From NCBI GenBank assembly GCA_964423645.1, contig CAYRFE010000008.1:37333-101332 (forward strand): a stretch of DNA of 64,000 nucleotides, given 5' to 3'. Origin of the DNA: an uncultured bacterium. Its GTDB lineage: Bacteria; Macinerneyibacteriota; Macinerneyibacteria; Macinerneyibacteriales; CAYRFE01. Positions 8,408-18,124 of this stretch are shown piece by piece. A program made the position numbers and the translations under genes. The notes under the pieces were generated by a model that saw nothing but the letters and a program-made list of their open reading frames with translations, searched no databases and was not told the origin of the DNA. Positions within the stretch are counted from its first letter, which is position 1, and every line of letters starts with the position of its first letter.

Positions 8408-9901
8408 TTAGAAAGTAAATGAAAGACCACCGGTGAAACCGACACCTTGAGAATTCAAATCTACTTCGTCATTCCAGTCACCTTCATCACCATTTTCAGT
8501 ATACTTTGTTGGATTCGCATACATATCGACCATTAAATTACCAAATACTGCAATTTCAGGAGTAAGAAGTACATCAAGTCCTGCTCTTCCGGTAAAACCG
8601 ATCGCATTTGCTTTCAATTCAGAGTTAGCGTCATCACCTTTGACTGTAACCATACTATACCCGCCTGCAACGCCAAGGTTAAGCGCAAAACGGTTAAAAT
8701 ACACTCTATATCCCACACCAGCGTTAATAATAACCTGAGAAGCGGTTACTCCCTCAATTCCTTCTTCAAAACTCGGCATCGTATATCTTCCGCCGATTTC
8801 AAAATATAATTCTGATACATTGACAACCGGGCCAAGATCGTACGCCATGGTAACATGAATAGAAGGATGAATCCCTTTTATTGGTTCTTCATTGCCCCAT
8901 GCATATTTCAACGGACTCATACCGAATGCAGCACGGAACTCAAGACCGAGTTTACCGTCTTCTTTCGCCTGATCGCCTTCTTCGGCACTTCCGATAAGGA
9001 TCTGCGCTTCAGATTTGGTCTCATCAATCTTACGAACCTTACCGAATGATTTCATTATCAATTTGCCGTCTGCGGTATACGTATATGTTTTGTAGCGGTG
9101 ATCCATTTTAATGCCGCTGTCTTTACCAAAATCAAAACCAAAACGCCCGCCGCCGATCATGGTAACAACTGCACTGATCGTAAATTCAGGTGTATTACGA
9201 AGATCTTTTTTTATTACTTCAAAAAGACCGGCAACCGAATTGCGGAAATTCGTCTGTTTTTCTTTTTCTTCAGTCGACAGATTTTTCAGATCGCTGTTGT
9301 CAACACTGAAGGTACTTAAACCGGACATTAACGCACCAAGCACACTGGTCTTGTTATTTGCAGTCAGTGTGTGAATTTTTTCTTTTGTTTCAACATTGTA
9401 AATATCAAAATGCATTGCCATAGTGTAGGTATACTCGGTATACACTTCTTCTTGACCAAGCAAATTCTTTTTCTTTTTTTCTTTGGTAACCACGCTGATG
9501 GTGTCAATATAAGGAACGGCAGCATAAGAATGATTAAGAGTCTTAATCAAATCATCTGCAGTCACCATTGCTTCTTTAAACTTCCCGTCTGCTTCCATAC
9601 GCTGTGCGGCGATATCACGCAAATTTGCTTTGATAAACGCTTCCGCATTATCAAGGAAGCTTTGGAGAGACCCTTTGTTCACATCAAAAAAATCCACGCG
9701 TTTAAAATCAGCAACAAACATCTTATACATCTGTTTGTCAACGAATACTTCACGATCTCTGTTCATCTCACCTCTTGCATCGGGACCGTACTGAACAGGG
9801 AAAATAAACAATGATTTACGCTCATACTTCGTGAGCTCTTGAGCAAATACACTACCCAAAGCGACAGCCAATACCAAAACCAACAACACAACCTTTTTCA
9901 T
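8408..9901 (-). CDS. Exported two-domain protein: periplasmic alpha/beta N-domain plus probable C-terminal beta-barrel
   Basis: Signal peptide ending VFA-Q; alternating amphipathic strands in the last ~190 aa; ends GLSFTF. Confidence 0.6.
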   Translation of the reverse strand: MKKVVLLVLVLAVALGSVFAQELTKYERKSLFIFPVQYGPDARGEMNRDREVFVDKQMYKMFVADFKRVDFFDVNKGSLQSFLDNAEAFIKANLRDIAAQRMEADGKFKEAMVTADDLIKTLNHSYAAVPYIDTISVVTKEKKKKNLLGQEEVYTEYTYTMAMHFDIYNVETKEKIHTLTANNKTSVLGALMSGLSTFSVDNSDLKNLSTEEKEKQTNFRNSVAGLFEVIKKDLRNTPEFTISAVVTMIGGGRFGFDFGKDSGIKMDHRYKTYTYTADGKLIMKSFGKVRKIDETKSEAQILIGSAEEGDQAKEDGKLGLEFRAAFGMSPLKYAWGNEEPIKGIHPSIHVTMAYDLGPVVNVSELYFEIGGRYTMPSFEEGIEGVTASQVIINAGVGYRVYFNRFALNLGVAGGYSMVTVKGDDANSELKANAIGFTGRAGLDVLLTPEIAVFGNLMVDMYANPTKYTENGDEGDWNDEVDLNSQGVGFTGGLSFTF

Positions 9902-9937
9902 AGAAAAAACCTCCTTCGTTATTTCAGTTCACATGCC

Positions 9938-9966
9938 AGTATACACCTGCCATTGTTATTTTGCAA
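9938..9966 (-). promoter_or_regulatory. Putative promoter TTGCAA-N17-TATACT
   Basis: Direct reading upstream of the GGAGG SD of 8408..9901. Confidence 0.65.
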
Positions 9967-10040
9967 GGTGTTTTTACCCTTTTATTTTGTATCTGTTGAA
10001 GATAATAAAAAACGCAAAAAGTACAATTTTTTAATCTAAA

Positions 10041-10172
10041 TGAGTTAAATTCCCCGAAGCTTGCTTTGGCGTTACTATTATAGTTTTGTTATTATAAAGG
10101 GTGTGGTGACGGCAAACAAATAAAGCATTTTTTTGAGGAGATACACCGTAGCTTGCTGCAGGGTAGTTCATT
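10041..10172 (-). mobile_element. Small non-autonomous remnant with IS200/IS605-like terminal hairpins
   Basis: Minus strand GAACTACCCTGCAGC-AA-GCTACGGTG ... CCAAAGC-AA-GCTTCGGGGAATTTAAC: two decayed copies of a CCCCGCAGCAAGCTGCGGGG-type hairpin. Confidence 0.55.
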
Positions 10173-10286
10173 AGGTATACACTCACAAATGAAATACTGC
10201 ACCGCACGTATCCCACAATATCACTACGCCGTTGCTTCGCCCCCTCCACTGCTCTTCTTATCACAATAGACCGTTGAAGTAAAAAA

Positions 10287-11150
10287 CTATAACGAAAATA
10301 TGTCTAATGTGCGACAAAAGTCACTATACGACATTTCCAGTGAACGAATCACGGTTTCAGTAAAGAGTTGCGGAGAATACTTTTGGCTATTCATACGAAG
10401 TTGTTCCTCAATCCGTGATGCGTAAATAAGTTTCCTGTTGGTCATATGCACAGCGCGTTCGATCCCGTTCAGTTCAGGCTCTCGCCCACTTGCAAGTGCT
10501 TCGATATAACGCAAAGTATGTGTCACAATTTCATCCGTCACACGTCCGCTGTGCGCACTAAGCATAATATGAGGTTTCATTTCTATCATCGAATGCAGAG
10601 ATCTCAGATATACATCAAAATGATGCCATGCAACGCACGGCAACGGAGCTTCCCACATATCACCCGCAAAAATCACACCGTCGCGTGCATCATACAATAA
10701 AGACGAATCTGCAGTATGACCCGGTGCATGAAAAAGCGTTATTTCTTCATTATGAAATATGAAACTGTCAAAAAATATTTCATTCGGTAAATACGTCTCA
10801 TTTTCTCCGCATGCTAAATCTTTCAATGCCATTCGAAATGCTTCGTTTTTTTCAGCCATCAGGGTGTGTGTTCGTTCATGTGCACATATTTTTGAATCTT
10901 TAAAGAATGTATTACCCCACACATGATCATAATCGGCATGGGTATTGAAAACAGTGATCGGCTTATCTCCAAACGTATCCTTAAGAAGCGAAACGACCAC
11001 TTGCATTGCGGCAGCACCAAGATAAGTGTCACATAGCAGTATATAATCGGCACATCCGATCGCATACACTGCCGTAGGGAAAGAAAACATTTCAGTCGTA
11101 CAGGTTATGAGTAACCCGCGAGAGCCGATTTTTTCCGTTGAAAATGTCAC
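10287..11150 (-). CDS. MBL-fold metallo-hydrolase
   Basis: THADYDHVWGN, PGHT, AGD, HSG motifs; GTG start overlapping the upstream TGA. Confidence 0.9.
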   Translation of the reverse strand: MTFSTEKIGSRGLLITCTTEMFSFPTAVYAIGCADYILLCDTYLGAAAMQVVVSLLKDTFGDKPITVFNTHADYDHVWGNTFFKDSKICAHERTHTLMAEKNEAFRMALKDLACGENETYLPNEIFFDSFIFHNEEITLFHAPGHTADSSLLYDARDGVIFAGDMWEAPLPCVAWHHFDVYLRSLHSMIEMKPHIMLSAHSGRVTDEIVTHTLRYIEALASGREPELNGIERAVHMTNRKLIYASRIEEQLRMNSQKYSPQLFTETVIRSLEMSYSDFCRTLDIFSL

Positions 11151-12124
11151 GAGGCATTCTCTTCTTTCGGTATACGTACGCACAATCGATGCACGACCGA
11201 AAGGGGAAGTCGCTCAACAAAACGCACCATTATCCACATGACAATGAGCGTGAACAGTACACGCCCGATCAAAACCCCGGTGATCGATGCGCCAAGGGAC
11301 ATCATGAGAAGCGTGTCCTCGATAACACTGTGAGATAAACCCATGAGTGCCATCGCATAAAAAATATCTTTTTTTGATATATGTCCCGCTTGTGCTTCCT
11401 TAATGATCAGTCCTCCACCATATGCCACGCCGAGCGTCATACCTATCATGGTAAGATCAGCCACTTCACTTCCGATCCCCAGCATTTTCAAAACGGGATC
11501 GAACATGCGAATAAGCCATGCCATGACGCCCCATTTTTTCAAAAAATAGAGTACCGTTAATAAAGTTAATATCATAAGGAATATTTTCCCGTAATTTGCA
11601 CATTCTTTCAATGCCCATGCCGATATTGACGGGTCGGTTGTTTTTGGTTCTAATATTGTTTTATTTATCGCAGTTAACGTTCCGGTTACACGATACAGGC
11701 CCGCCAATAATGCGCCGATCGCGATCGCACCAAAAAAACGAATAGAAAAGATCGCCAAAAAACGCACGCCGCTTTTTGTGGCAATTTTCAATTCTACAAA
11801 AAAATTATGGGCGACAAGCATCATCGTTGTCAATATTGTGACTTGTGCAACAGTAAGCGGGTATTCTTTTGATAATGCTAAAAAAGCCAAGATACCGCCG
11901 TATAAATTGGTAAGCATCGCCGTGACCCATACAAGAGAATATTCTCCCGGCAATCCGACTATTTTCATGATCGGAGCAAGAGAGTCTCCAATATACGGAA
12001 TAAGATTAAACATTGACAATGCTTTAATGACAATACTTACCGGGATCATGATCTTAAATAATATCCAGCTGGTATCAAATGCTTCTTTTATACGTTGCTT
12101 GAAAAATAAAAACACTGTCGTCAT
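11147..12124 (-). CDS. Nucleoside-recognition (Gate) domain membrane protein
   Basis: Two Gate-like repeats, AHNFFVE, GGGLII, HSVIEDT motifs; SD GAGGAGAGG. Confidence 0.8.
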   Translation of the reverse strand: MTTVFLFFKQRIKEAFDTSWILFKIMIPVSIVIKALSMFNLIPYIGDSLAPIMKIVGLPGEYSLVWVTAMLTNLYGGILAFLALSKEYPLTVAQVTILTTMMLVAHNFFVELKIATKSGVRFLAIFSIRFFGAIAIGALLAGLYRVTGTLTAINKTILEPKTTDPSISAWALKECANYGKIFLMILTLLTVLYFLKKWGVMAWLIRMFDPVLKMLGIGSEVADLTMIGMTLGVAYGGGLIIKEAQAGHISKKDIFYAMALMGLSHSVIEDTLLMMSLGASITGVLIGRVLFTLIVMWIMVRFVERLPLSVVHRLCVRIPKEENAS

Positions 12125-12269
12125 ACACCTCTCCTCTTTCATGTCGAGTATATCGGAAAGCACCGTCTATGTCGAGAAAATTTGACTAAAATCATACCGC
12201 AACTATTACTGTACACCTGATTCCGAACCGAATTTTATTCGCTCATTTTTGTGAATCGGAAACAAAAAT

Positions 12270-12371
12270 AATTGTAGGAACAGAAAATATTTCTGCCTGC
12301 CTCTCGAGTTTAACGAGAAGGGGTTTGGGGAGAGCACAAATTAAAAAATATTGTAGTTTTGCTAAGGGCTC
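12270..12371 (-). mobile_element. Partial, degenerate MITE copy F
   Basis: GTAGGAACAGAAAATATTTCTGCC...GGGGTTTGGGGAGAGCACAAATT...GTTTTGCTAAGGGCTC resembles the right half of copy C. Confidence 0.55.
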
Positions 12372-12533
12372 GTGCATGTGATAGGTAATTGAGGAAGAAA
12401 ATTCGCAATAATTATTTGATTACTACACGCTCAATCGTGCAGCGTTCGTCCAACCACTTTTTTTCGTGAATAATTTCAATTATCAGATGATGCAGGGACA
12501 AGATAATAGCCCTGTCCCTGCAGAGATAAACCG

Positions 12534-13454
12534 TTATTTCGCTCCGGCCGCTATCGCAAATCGATTATCTATCAGTGCATTTACGTCAATTTTACTACGC
12601 ATAACTCCCATTGCTGTCATCATGTATTCTTGTATTTTTTCAAGATCCAGTGCAACCGGCATCAACTCCGTTGTTTTTACGCGATCAGCCGGACTGGTGA
12701 GAACACGTTCGATGACATCAACATCCTGATCCAAAAATGCAGCTCCTATTTTGGCGGCTTCTTTCGGGTTGCTTGCGATAAATTGCCCCGAATCATTCAA
12801 ACTTTTTACAAGTTCATACACTGCCGCTTCATTGTTTTTGATGAGTTCATCCTTCACGACAAACACACAGCACGGATGATTCGGCCATAATTCTTTTGAC
12901 AAATAAAATTCTTCTCCGTACCCCAACTTTATAACCTGACTGCCAAACGGTTCGGCGACAATAAATCCGCCTATCTCGCCTTCCTCATCATATTCCATCG
13001 CTTCCGGGATTTGCGAAGGTGCAAAAACTTCAAGCATGACGTCCTGTCCCGCGCCACACGATAATCCTTTTTCAGTGAGCATTTTGTGAAGTAACATATG
13101 ATGAATTGAGAGTTGATAAGGGATAATGACCGTTTTCCCTTTAAAATCTTCAATTTTAGTAATATTCGCTTTTTTGCTTTTAATAAAAACACTTCCATTT
13201 TTATGCCCCAACAACACTAATTTAATCCCGACACCGGATTTAAATGTGTCCATAGCCATCGGAGCAAGTATAAACGCCGCATCAAGGCTTCCGTCACACA
13301 GCCCCTGATCAACCTCATTCCAACCCGTTTTTGCAACAGTCTCAATTGTACAGTGCTGGAATGTCTCAGTGCCTTTTGCTAATTTGTCTTTTGTGATACC
13401 GAGAATTAAATGATCGGTTATTTTTAGATGCCCTATTTTGATTGGCGCGGCCAT
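12534..13454 (-). CDS. NrtA/CmpA/NMT1-like substrate-binding-fold protein without signal peptide
   Basis: IKIGHL..DH, LDAAFILAPM, SIHHMLL, AEPF, WPNHPCCV; N-terminus starts directly at the first beta-strand. Confidence 0.8.
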   Translation of the reverse strand: MAAPIKIGHLKITDHLILGITKDKLAKGTETFQHCTIETVAKTGWNEVDQGLCDGSLDAAFILAPMAMDTFKSGVGIKLVLLGHKNGSVFIKSKKANITKIEDFKGKTVIIPYQLSIHHMLLHKMLTEKGLSCGAGQDVMLEVFAPSQIPEAMEYDEEGEIGGFIVAEPFGSQVIKLGYGEEFYLSKELWPNHPCCVFVVKDELIKNNEAAVYELVKSLNDSGQFIASNPKEAAKIGAAFLDQDVDVIERVLTSPADRVKTTELMPVALDLEKIQEYMMTAMGVMRSKIDVNALIDNRFAIAAGAK

Positions 13455-13508
13455 ATATCCCTCCTTTTCATTTATCCATCCGAAACTACGTCTGCCACTA
13501 TATTTTTT

Positions 13509-13536
13509 AGTATAGCCGATTTCATAATACTGTCAA
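13509..13536 (-). promoter_or_regulatory. Putative promoter TTGACA-N16-TATACT
   Basis: Direct reading; abuts a MITE-end-like GAGACCTTT sequence. Confidence 0.6.
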
Positions 13537-13561
13537 GAGACCTTTACGAGACTTCCTTTTT

Positions 13562-13764
13562 GATATCTTTGTAAAACTACTTTTTTTATATATTTGTGCC
13601 CACCCCAAACCACTCCCGTGAAAATCGGAAGGTGGGCAGAAAGATCTTCTGCCCCTACAAAAATTCTCAATGGAGCGGGCGCATATCATGCGCCCGACTT
13701 CGTCCCCACACCCCTTTTTAGAAAATAAAGATACTTTGGACATTTTGAATTTTGCAAAGGTCTA
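13562..13764 (+). mobile_element. MITE copy B (~203 bp) with two REP-like hairpins
   Basis: Ends ATCTTTGTAAAA / TTTTGCAAAGGTCT; contains GGGCAGAAAGATCTTCTGCCCCTAC and GGGCGCATATCATGCGCCC. Confidence 0.8.
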
Positions 13765-13880
13765 AATCTCTCAACGATGAGATGATATTCGCGAGTCACG
13801 TGAAAGAATTCAATGCGTATCATCATGAAAAACTTGAAGCATGTCGGGGTGAACATGAGCGATCACCCCGAATGTGAGAA

Positions 13881-16800
13881 TTATCGTTCAAATGAAAAAC
13901 GTTTCATCAGCGTTACAAATAATGCCGGTAACACAACAAGTGTCAATGCGGTTGATGTCATCAAACCGCCGATCAAAGTAATAGCAAGGGGTTGTGACAA
14001 TTCACTGCCTTTTCCGATACCTAATGCAAGCGGAAATAACCCGAGTATGGTCGTAAGTGATGTCATAAGAATCGGTCTGAAACGCATTGTGCATCCTTTT
14101 TTCACTGCCTCAATCAGTGGCATTCCTTCTCGCATCAATGTATTGATAGTATCAATTTCCAGAATACTATCATTCACGACAATACCCGTTGCAACAACAA
14201 TTCCCATTAAACTCATGATATTAAATGATGTATGTGTCAATAACATAAGCGTTAACGATCCGATCAACGCCATTGGGACCGCAAGCATAATAATAACAGG
14301 CTGCAAAAAAGACTCAAACTGCATCCCGATCAGCATATACACCAATAAAAGAGCAAGACCGAACGCAAACCACAGCCCCGAAAAAGATTCTTTCATGTTC
14401 TCGATCTTCCCGCCGATTTTCAACTTGATCGGTTTGTCCCCGTTTAGGGTCTTAAAGGTATCATTGATCATGATCACCGCTTTTTCCAAACTTTTTCCCT
14501 TTATATTACAGAGTAATGACACTTTTCGACGTTGATCTTCACGTTTTAATTCATTCGGAACTTTTATTGAACGCAATTCAACAATATCTCCTACTTTATA
14601 TTCGGTTTTCCCGACAACGATCATACGCTCCAAGAACTCTTGTTTGCTTGGCGTGTTCTCATCATTTTTAAGCCATATGTCTATCTCTTTTGAGCCATCA
14701 TAAATAGTAGTTGTTTTCACCCCGACGGTCACTTTTTTCAATTGCTCAACAACTTCATACAACGGCACTGTGGATGATGCAATAAAATAATCTTTAAAGC
14801 GTAATTCAAGAATCTCACGCTCAAGCTCCAGATCTTTCTCAATGGCCGTGATCCACGAAAAATCCTTTTTTAATGCTTGTCGCATCGTATCAGCCAATAC
14901 ATTTAATTGCTCAATATCATCGCCTTCAAGCATCAGATCGAGATCATATTCACCAAAATCAAAAAACTGGTTGTACACACTGCCGGCCGAATAAAATGTA
15001 TACTCTATACCATATGAGGCAAGTAACGTATCGGAGATATGCTTTTTCAGCGGTTCAACATCATGAATCGATTGTGTCGCGATAAGGAAATATCCGGTAT
15101 TCACCCCTGCGATAGAATTTGAATACGACTTTCCTACATTAGCGATATGATACCGTATCACGTCTTTTTTTTCTTCAAGAATATTTTCAATGAGCTTTAC
15201 GTATTTCATGTTCGCATCAATCGTTGCACCGGTCGGAAGTGAATACTCAAGAAAAAACTTATCCTCCTTTACCGGCGGCACAAACTCACGTCGAATGGTC
15301 ATGCCCATAGATATGGTTATCAAAAATACAATTGCTGTTATCATGATAATTTTCTTTTTATTCTCTAAAACATTCACAAGTTGTTTTTGGTACTTCGATA
15401 ATACAAATAACAACATTTCATCAAACCAGGAAAAAATCTTTTTGGCTTTTTGTATAAACCATGCATTAAATCGTTCCATTTTTAATACGTACAACAACAT
15501 AGGCACAAACGTCAACGCGATGATAAGTGATGCAAGTAACGCCATGGTAATGATCAGTGCTTGTTCTTTAAACAATACTGCGACAACACCTTTAAGGTAC
15601 AAAACCGGTAAAAACACCACGATCGTTGTCAGTGTTCCCACGAGAATTGACGGTGCCATTTCCGTCGCACCCCTGATAATGCTTTCTTTTACCGTTAATC
15701 CCTCTTCGCGATAACGGTCTATATTCTCCATGACAACTACCGAGTTATCGGTCAACAAACCTATTCCAATCGCTAACCCGCCGAGAGATAAAATATTAAA
15801 ACTGATCCCAAAAAAATACATGCCGACAAATGTGGTAATAATAGATAACGGCATCGCAAAACCGATAATGAGCGGAGTGCGAAAATCATGTAGAAATATG
15901 AATAAAACAAAGAATGAAAGAATTCCTCCCCATACGACAGACCACGCAATATTTGCGATCGCCTGCAATATCGTATCGGAATCATCATACAATATACTGA
16001 GTTCCACCTTGTCCTTCGTATTTGATTCTTTTTTGAATTCCTGAATTAGTTTTCGCACTTCTCGACACACATTAACCGTATTCGCAGAAGATGATTTTAT
16101 AACAAATAAACCGACTCCCCTATCGCCGTTATAACGTGTGATTTCATCATTTTTCTTGACTCCACGTTCAATAACTGCAACATCTTTCAACTTAACGGTG
16201 GTCGAAATGCTCAGATTCCCGATCTCTTCAACCGAAAAACGATTTTTCTCTAATGACAATGAATATGAAAAATTTTCATCGCCGATCTCACCTGCGGATG
16301 CCGCAATATTATTCTGTTGCAACGCTCGGCTGATATCGTTAAAGCTAAGCCCGTATGATATCATATCTCTATTCTTTATCAAAACTCGTATCTCTTCTGT
16401 ATCAGCACCGACAACTTCACAAACCGCAACACCTTCAAGTCGCTCGATACGGTATTTGAGATAGTCTGATGCAAATCTGCTTATTTCAAGAAAATCATTG
16501 CCCTGTTTCGGTTCAACCATGACCTGCATTACAGGGGCTTGTGCAGGATCAAAATAGAGAATATTGGGTTTTTCCGCATCTCCTATATCGTCTTTTACCA
16601 TGTCAAGCTTTTCACGCGCCTTGAGCATGGTGTACTCCATATTGACTCCCCAATAAAATTCTACCGTTACAAGAGACTTACCGTCGGTTGATACCGATGT
16701 CACACGCTTCACATCAGGCAATGTGCTTAATTGACTTTCAATTTTTTGCGTGATGGTCTGATCCACTTCTTCAGGTGGCATATCAGGTGCTTTTGTCTCA

Positions 16801-16940
16801 ACAACAATCTTGGGTATATCGAGCGAAGGAAGTAATTCTACTTTCAGCATTTTCAATGAGATAGCTCCCAACAACACAATGCCGGCATAGATCATAAATG
16901 TTGTGACAGGGCGAGTAACCGAAAAGCGAGGCAAACTCAT
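13881..16940 (-). CDS. RND efflux permease (AcrB/MdtC-like), subunit 2
   Basis: FSVTRPVTT N-terminus, GLLTDNSVVVMEN TM4, RFRPILMTSLT; 1019 aa. Confidence 0.95.
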   Translation of the reverse strand: MSLPRFSVTRPVTTFMIYAGIVLLGAISLKMLKVELLPSLDIPKIVVETKAPDMPPEEVDQTITQKIESQLSTLPDVKRVTSVSTDGKSLVTVEFYWGVNMEYTMLKAREKLDMVKDDIGDAEKPNILYFDPAQAPVMQVMVEPKQGNDFLEISRFASDYLKYRIERLEGVAVCEVVGADTEEIRVLIKNRDMISYGLSFNDISRALQQNNIAASAGEIGDENFSYSLSLEKNRFSVEEIGNLSISTTVKLKDVAVIERGVKKNDEITRYNGDRGVGLFVIKSSSANTVNVCREVRKLIQEFKKESNTKDKVELSILYDDSDTILQAIANIAWSVVWGGILSFFVLFIFLHDFRTPLIIGFAMPLSIITTFVGMYFFGISFNILSLGGLAIGIGLLTDNSVVVMENIDRYREEGLTVKESIIRGATEMAPSILVGTLTTIVVFLPVLYLKGVVAVLFKEQALIITMALLASLIIALTFVPMLLYVLKMERFNAWFIQKAKKIFSWFDEMLLFVLSKYQKQLVNVLENKKKIIMITAIVFLITISMGMTIRREFVPPVKEDKFFLEYSLPTGATIDANMKYVKLIENILEEKKDVIRYHIANVGKSYSNSIAGVNTGYFLIATQSIHDVEPLKKHISDTLLASYGIEYTFYSAGSVYNQFFDFGEYDLDLMLEGDDIEQLNVLADTMRQALKKDFSWITAIEKDLELEREILELRFKDYFIASSTVPLYEVVEQLKKVTVGVKTTTIYDGSKEIDIWLKNDENTPSKQEFLERMIVVGKTEYKVGDIVELRSIKVPNELKREDQRRKVSLLCNIKGKSLEKAVIMINDTFKTLNGDKPIKLKIGGKIENMKESFSGLWFAFGLALLLVYMLIGMQFESFLQPVIIMLAVPMALIGSLTLMLLTHTSFNIMSLMGIVVATGIVVNDSILEIDTINTLMREGMPLIEAVKKGCTMRFRPILMTSLTTILGLFPLALGIGKGSELSQPLAITLIGGLMTSTALTLVVLPALFVTLMKRFSFER

Positions 16941-18124
16941 TTCTTTTCTCCCTCCTGTACACGGACATCCTTATTGATTGTGATCGGTGATTTATGCGCA
17001 AGGGTATAATGTCCGTCTATGATTATTTCTTTATCTTTTTCAAGGTCTTCTGCGATACTCACATATTCAAAATTTTCATATCCAACCTTCACATACTGCC
17101 ACCAGGCAAGATATTGCTCGCCGACTTTACGTGTCTCAAATACTAACGGTTTGCCCTCACGTATCAAAAGTGCTGACTTCGGCACAAGTATTTGGTTTTT
17201 TATGACATGGGTTTGCAGTAATACATCGCAAAATAAACCCGGTTTTAATTCTCCGTTTGAATTATTGAGTTCAACGACCGCATACGTGCTATTGTCATCA
17301 TATATAAGCGGGTTGATCGAATAAATTCGCCCCGGATACTTCTGTTTATTTACAACAGGAAACACCAATGCGCCGTTCCCCTCTTTGATCTGTGCGATAT
17401 CTTTTACCAACAGCTTTGCGCGTACTCGTAACATTGATACATCCGCAAGCGTAAGAAGCGGACTACCAGGTTTCACATATTGCCCTTCAGATGCTTCAAT
17501 TTTTCCGACAACTCCGGTAAAAGGAGCATACATACGGCATTTTTTATAATTCTCAAGCGCCTGTTTCAATCGCAACTCCTGATCGCCCAATCTATATTTT
17601 ATACGCTCTTGTGAAACATTTCCTTTTTTCATTTCCTCAAGAACACTTTTCTGAATCGCTGCGATTTCGGCATCATCAGTGTATACCATATTGGCTTCAT
17701 TATTCAGTTCCGGCAACGGGATATCGCCTTCTTTTATGGCAAGATACTCGATATAGGCTTTCTTATAATCAAGCAATGCCTTTTCATAGGCGATACCATA
17801 TTCGGGATTGTCAATGGTAAATAGCAATGTTCCTTTTTTAACAGTCTGTCCCTCGCGGACCTTAAGGGAAATATTACCGCTGGTTTCAGCCGTGTAATCA
17901 TTAACCTTTATAGGTTCCAATTTGCCTGACGATGATACATACATCGGCAAATCTCCGATTTTTGAGTACCCGACTGATACAGGAATAGGTGTTGATAATG
18001 TATGACTTGAATCAACCGCATCCTGCTTTTCCTTTTTTACAAAGATTTTACTGCGAAACACATAGCCAGCTCCTGCAAGCACAATAATAACAGCTGCGAT
18101 AATAATGATTCTGAGCTTATTCAT
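16937..18124 (-). CDS. RND periplasmic adaptor (membrane fusion protein)
   Basis: N-terminal TM anchor, lipoyl half-motifs VREGQTVKKG and APFTGVV, ELKPGLFC. Confidence 0.93.
   Translation of the reverse strand: MNKLRIIIIAAVIIVLAGAGYVFRSKIFVKKEKQDAVDSSHTLSTPIPVSVGYSKIGDLPMYVSSSGKLEPIKVNDYTAETSGNISLKVREGQTVKKGTLLFTIDNPEYGIAYEKALLDYKKAYIEYLAIKEGDIPLPELNNEANMVYTDDAEIAAIQKSVLEEMKKGNVSQERIKYRLGDQELRLKQALENYKKCRMYAPFTGVVGKIEASEGQYVKPGSPLLTLADVSMLRVRAKLLVKDIAQIKEGNGALVFPVVNKQKYPGRIYSINPLIYDDNSTYAVVELNNSNGELKPGLFCDVLLQTHVIKNQILVPKSALLIREGKPLVFETRKVGEQYLAWWQYVKVGYENFEYVSIAEDLEKDKEIIIDGHYTLAHKSPITINKDVRVQEGEKK

Noticed and set aside
10031-10264. 77-aa ORF containing MNYPAASYGVS
   Set aside because: It is the read-through of the hairpin-ended repeat element, has no SD and is not a credible protein.
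13522-13743. Short ORFs over MITE copies (also 23956-24231, 24085-24276, 32798-33040, 4102-4428)
   Set aside because: Near-identical peptides arise only because they cross the same repeat; no independent coding evidence.
13844-13871. Hairpin containing ACATGAGCGATCACCC, superficially like the MS2 operator
   Set aside because: Pairing is GGGGTGA/TCACCCC, not the MS2 fold; most simply a terminator-like stem just after the RND stop; the similarity is judged chance.
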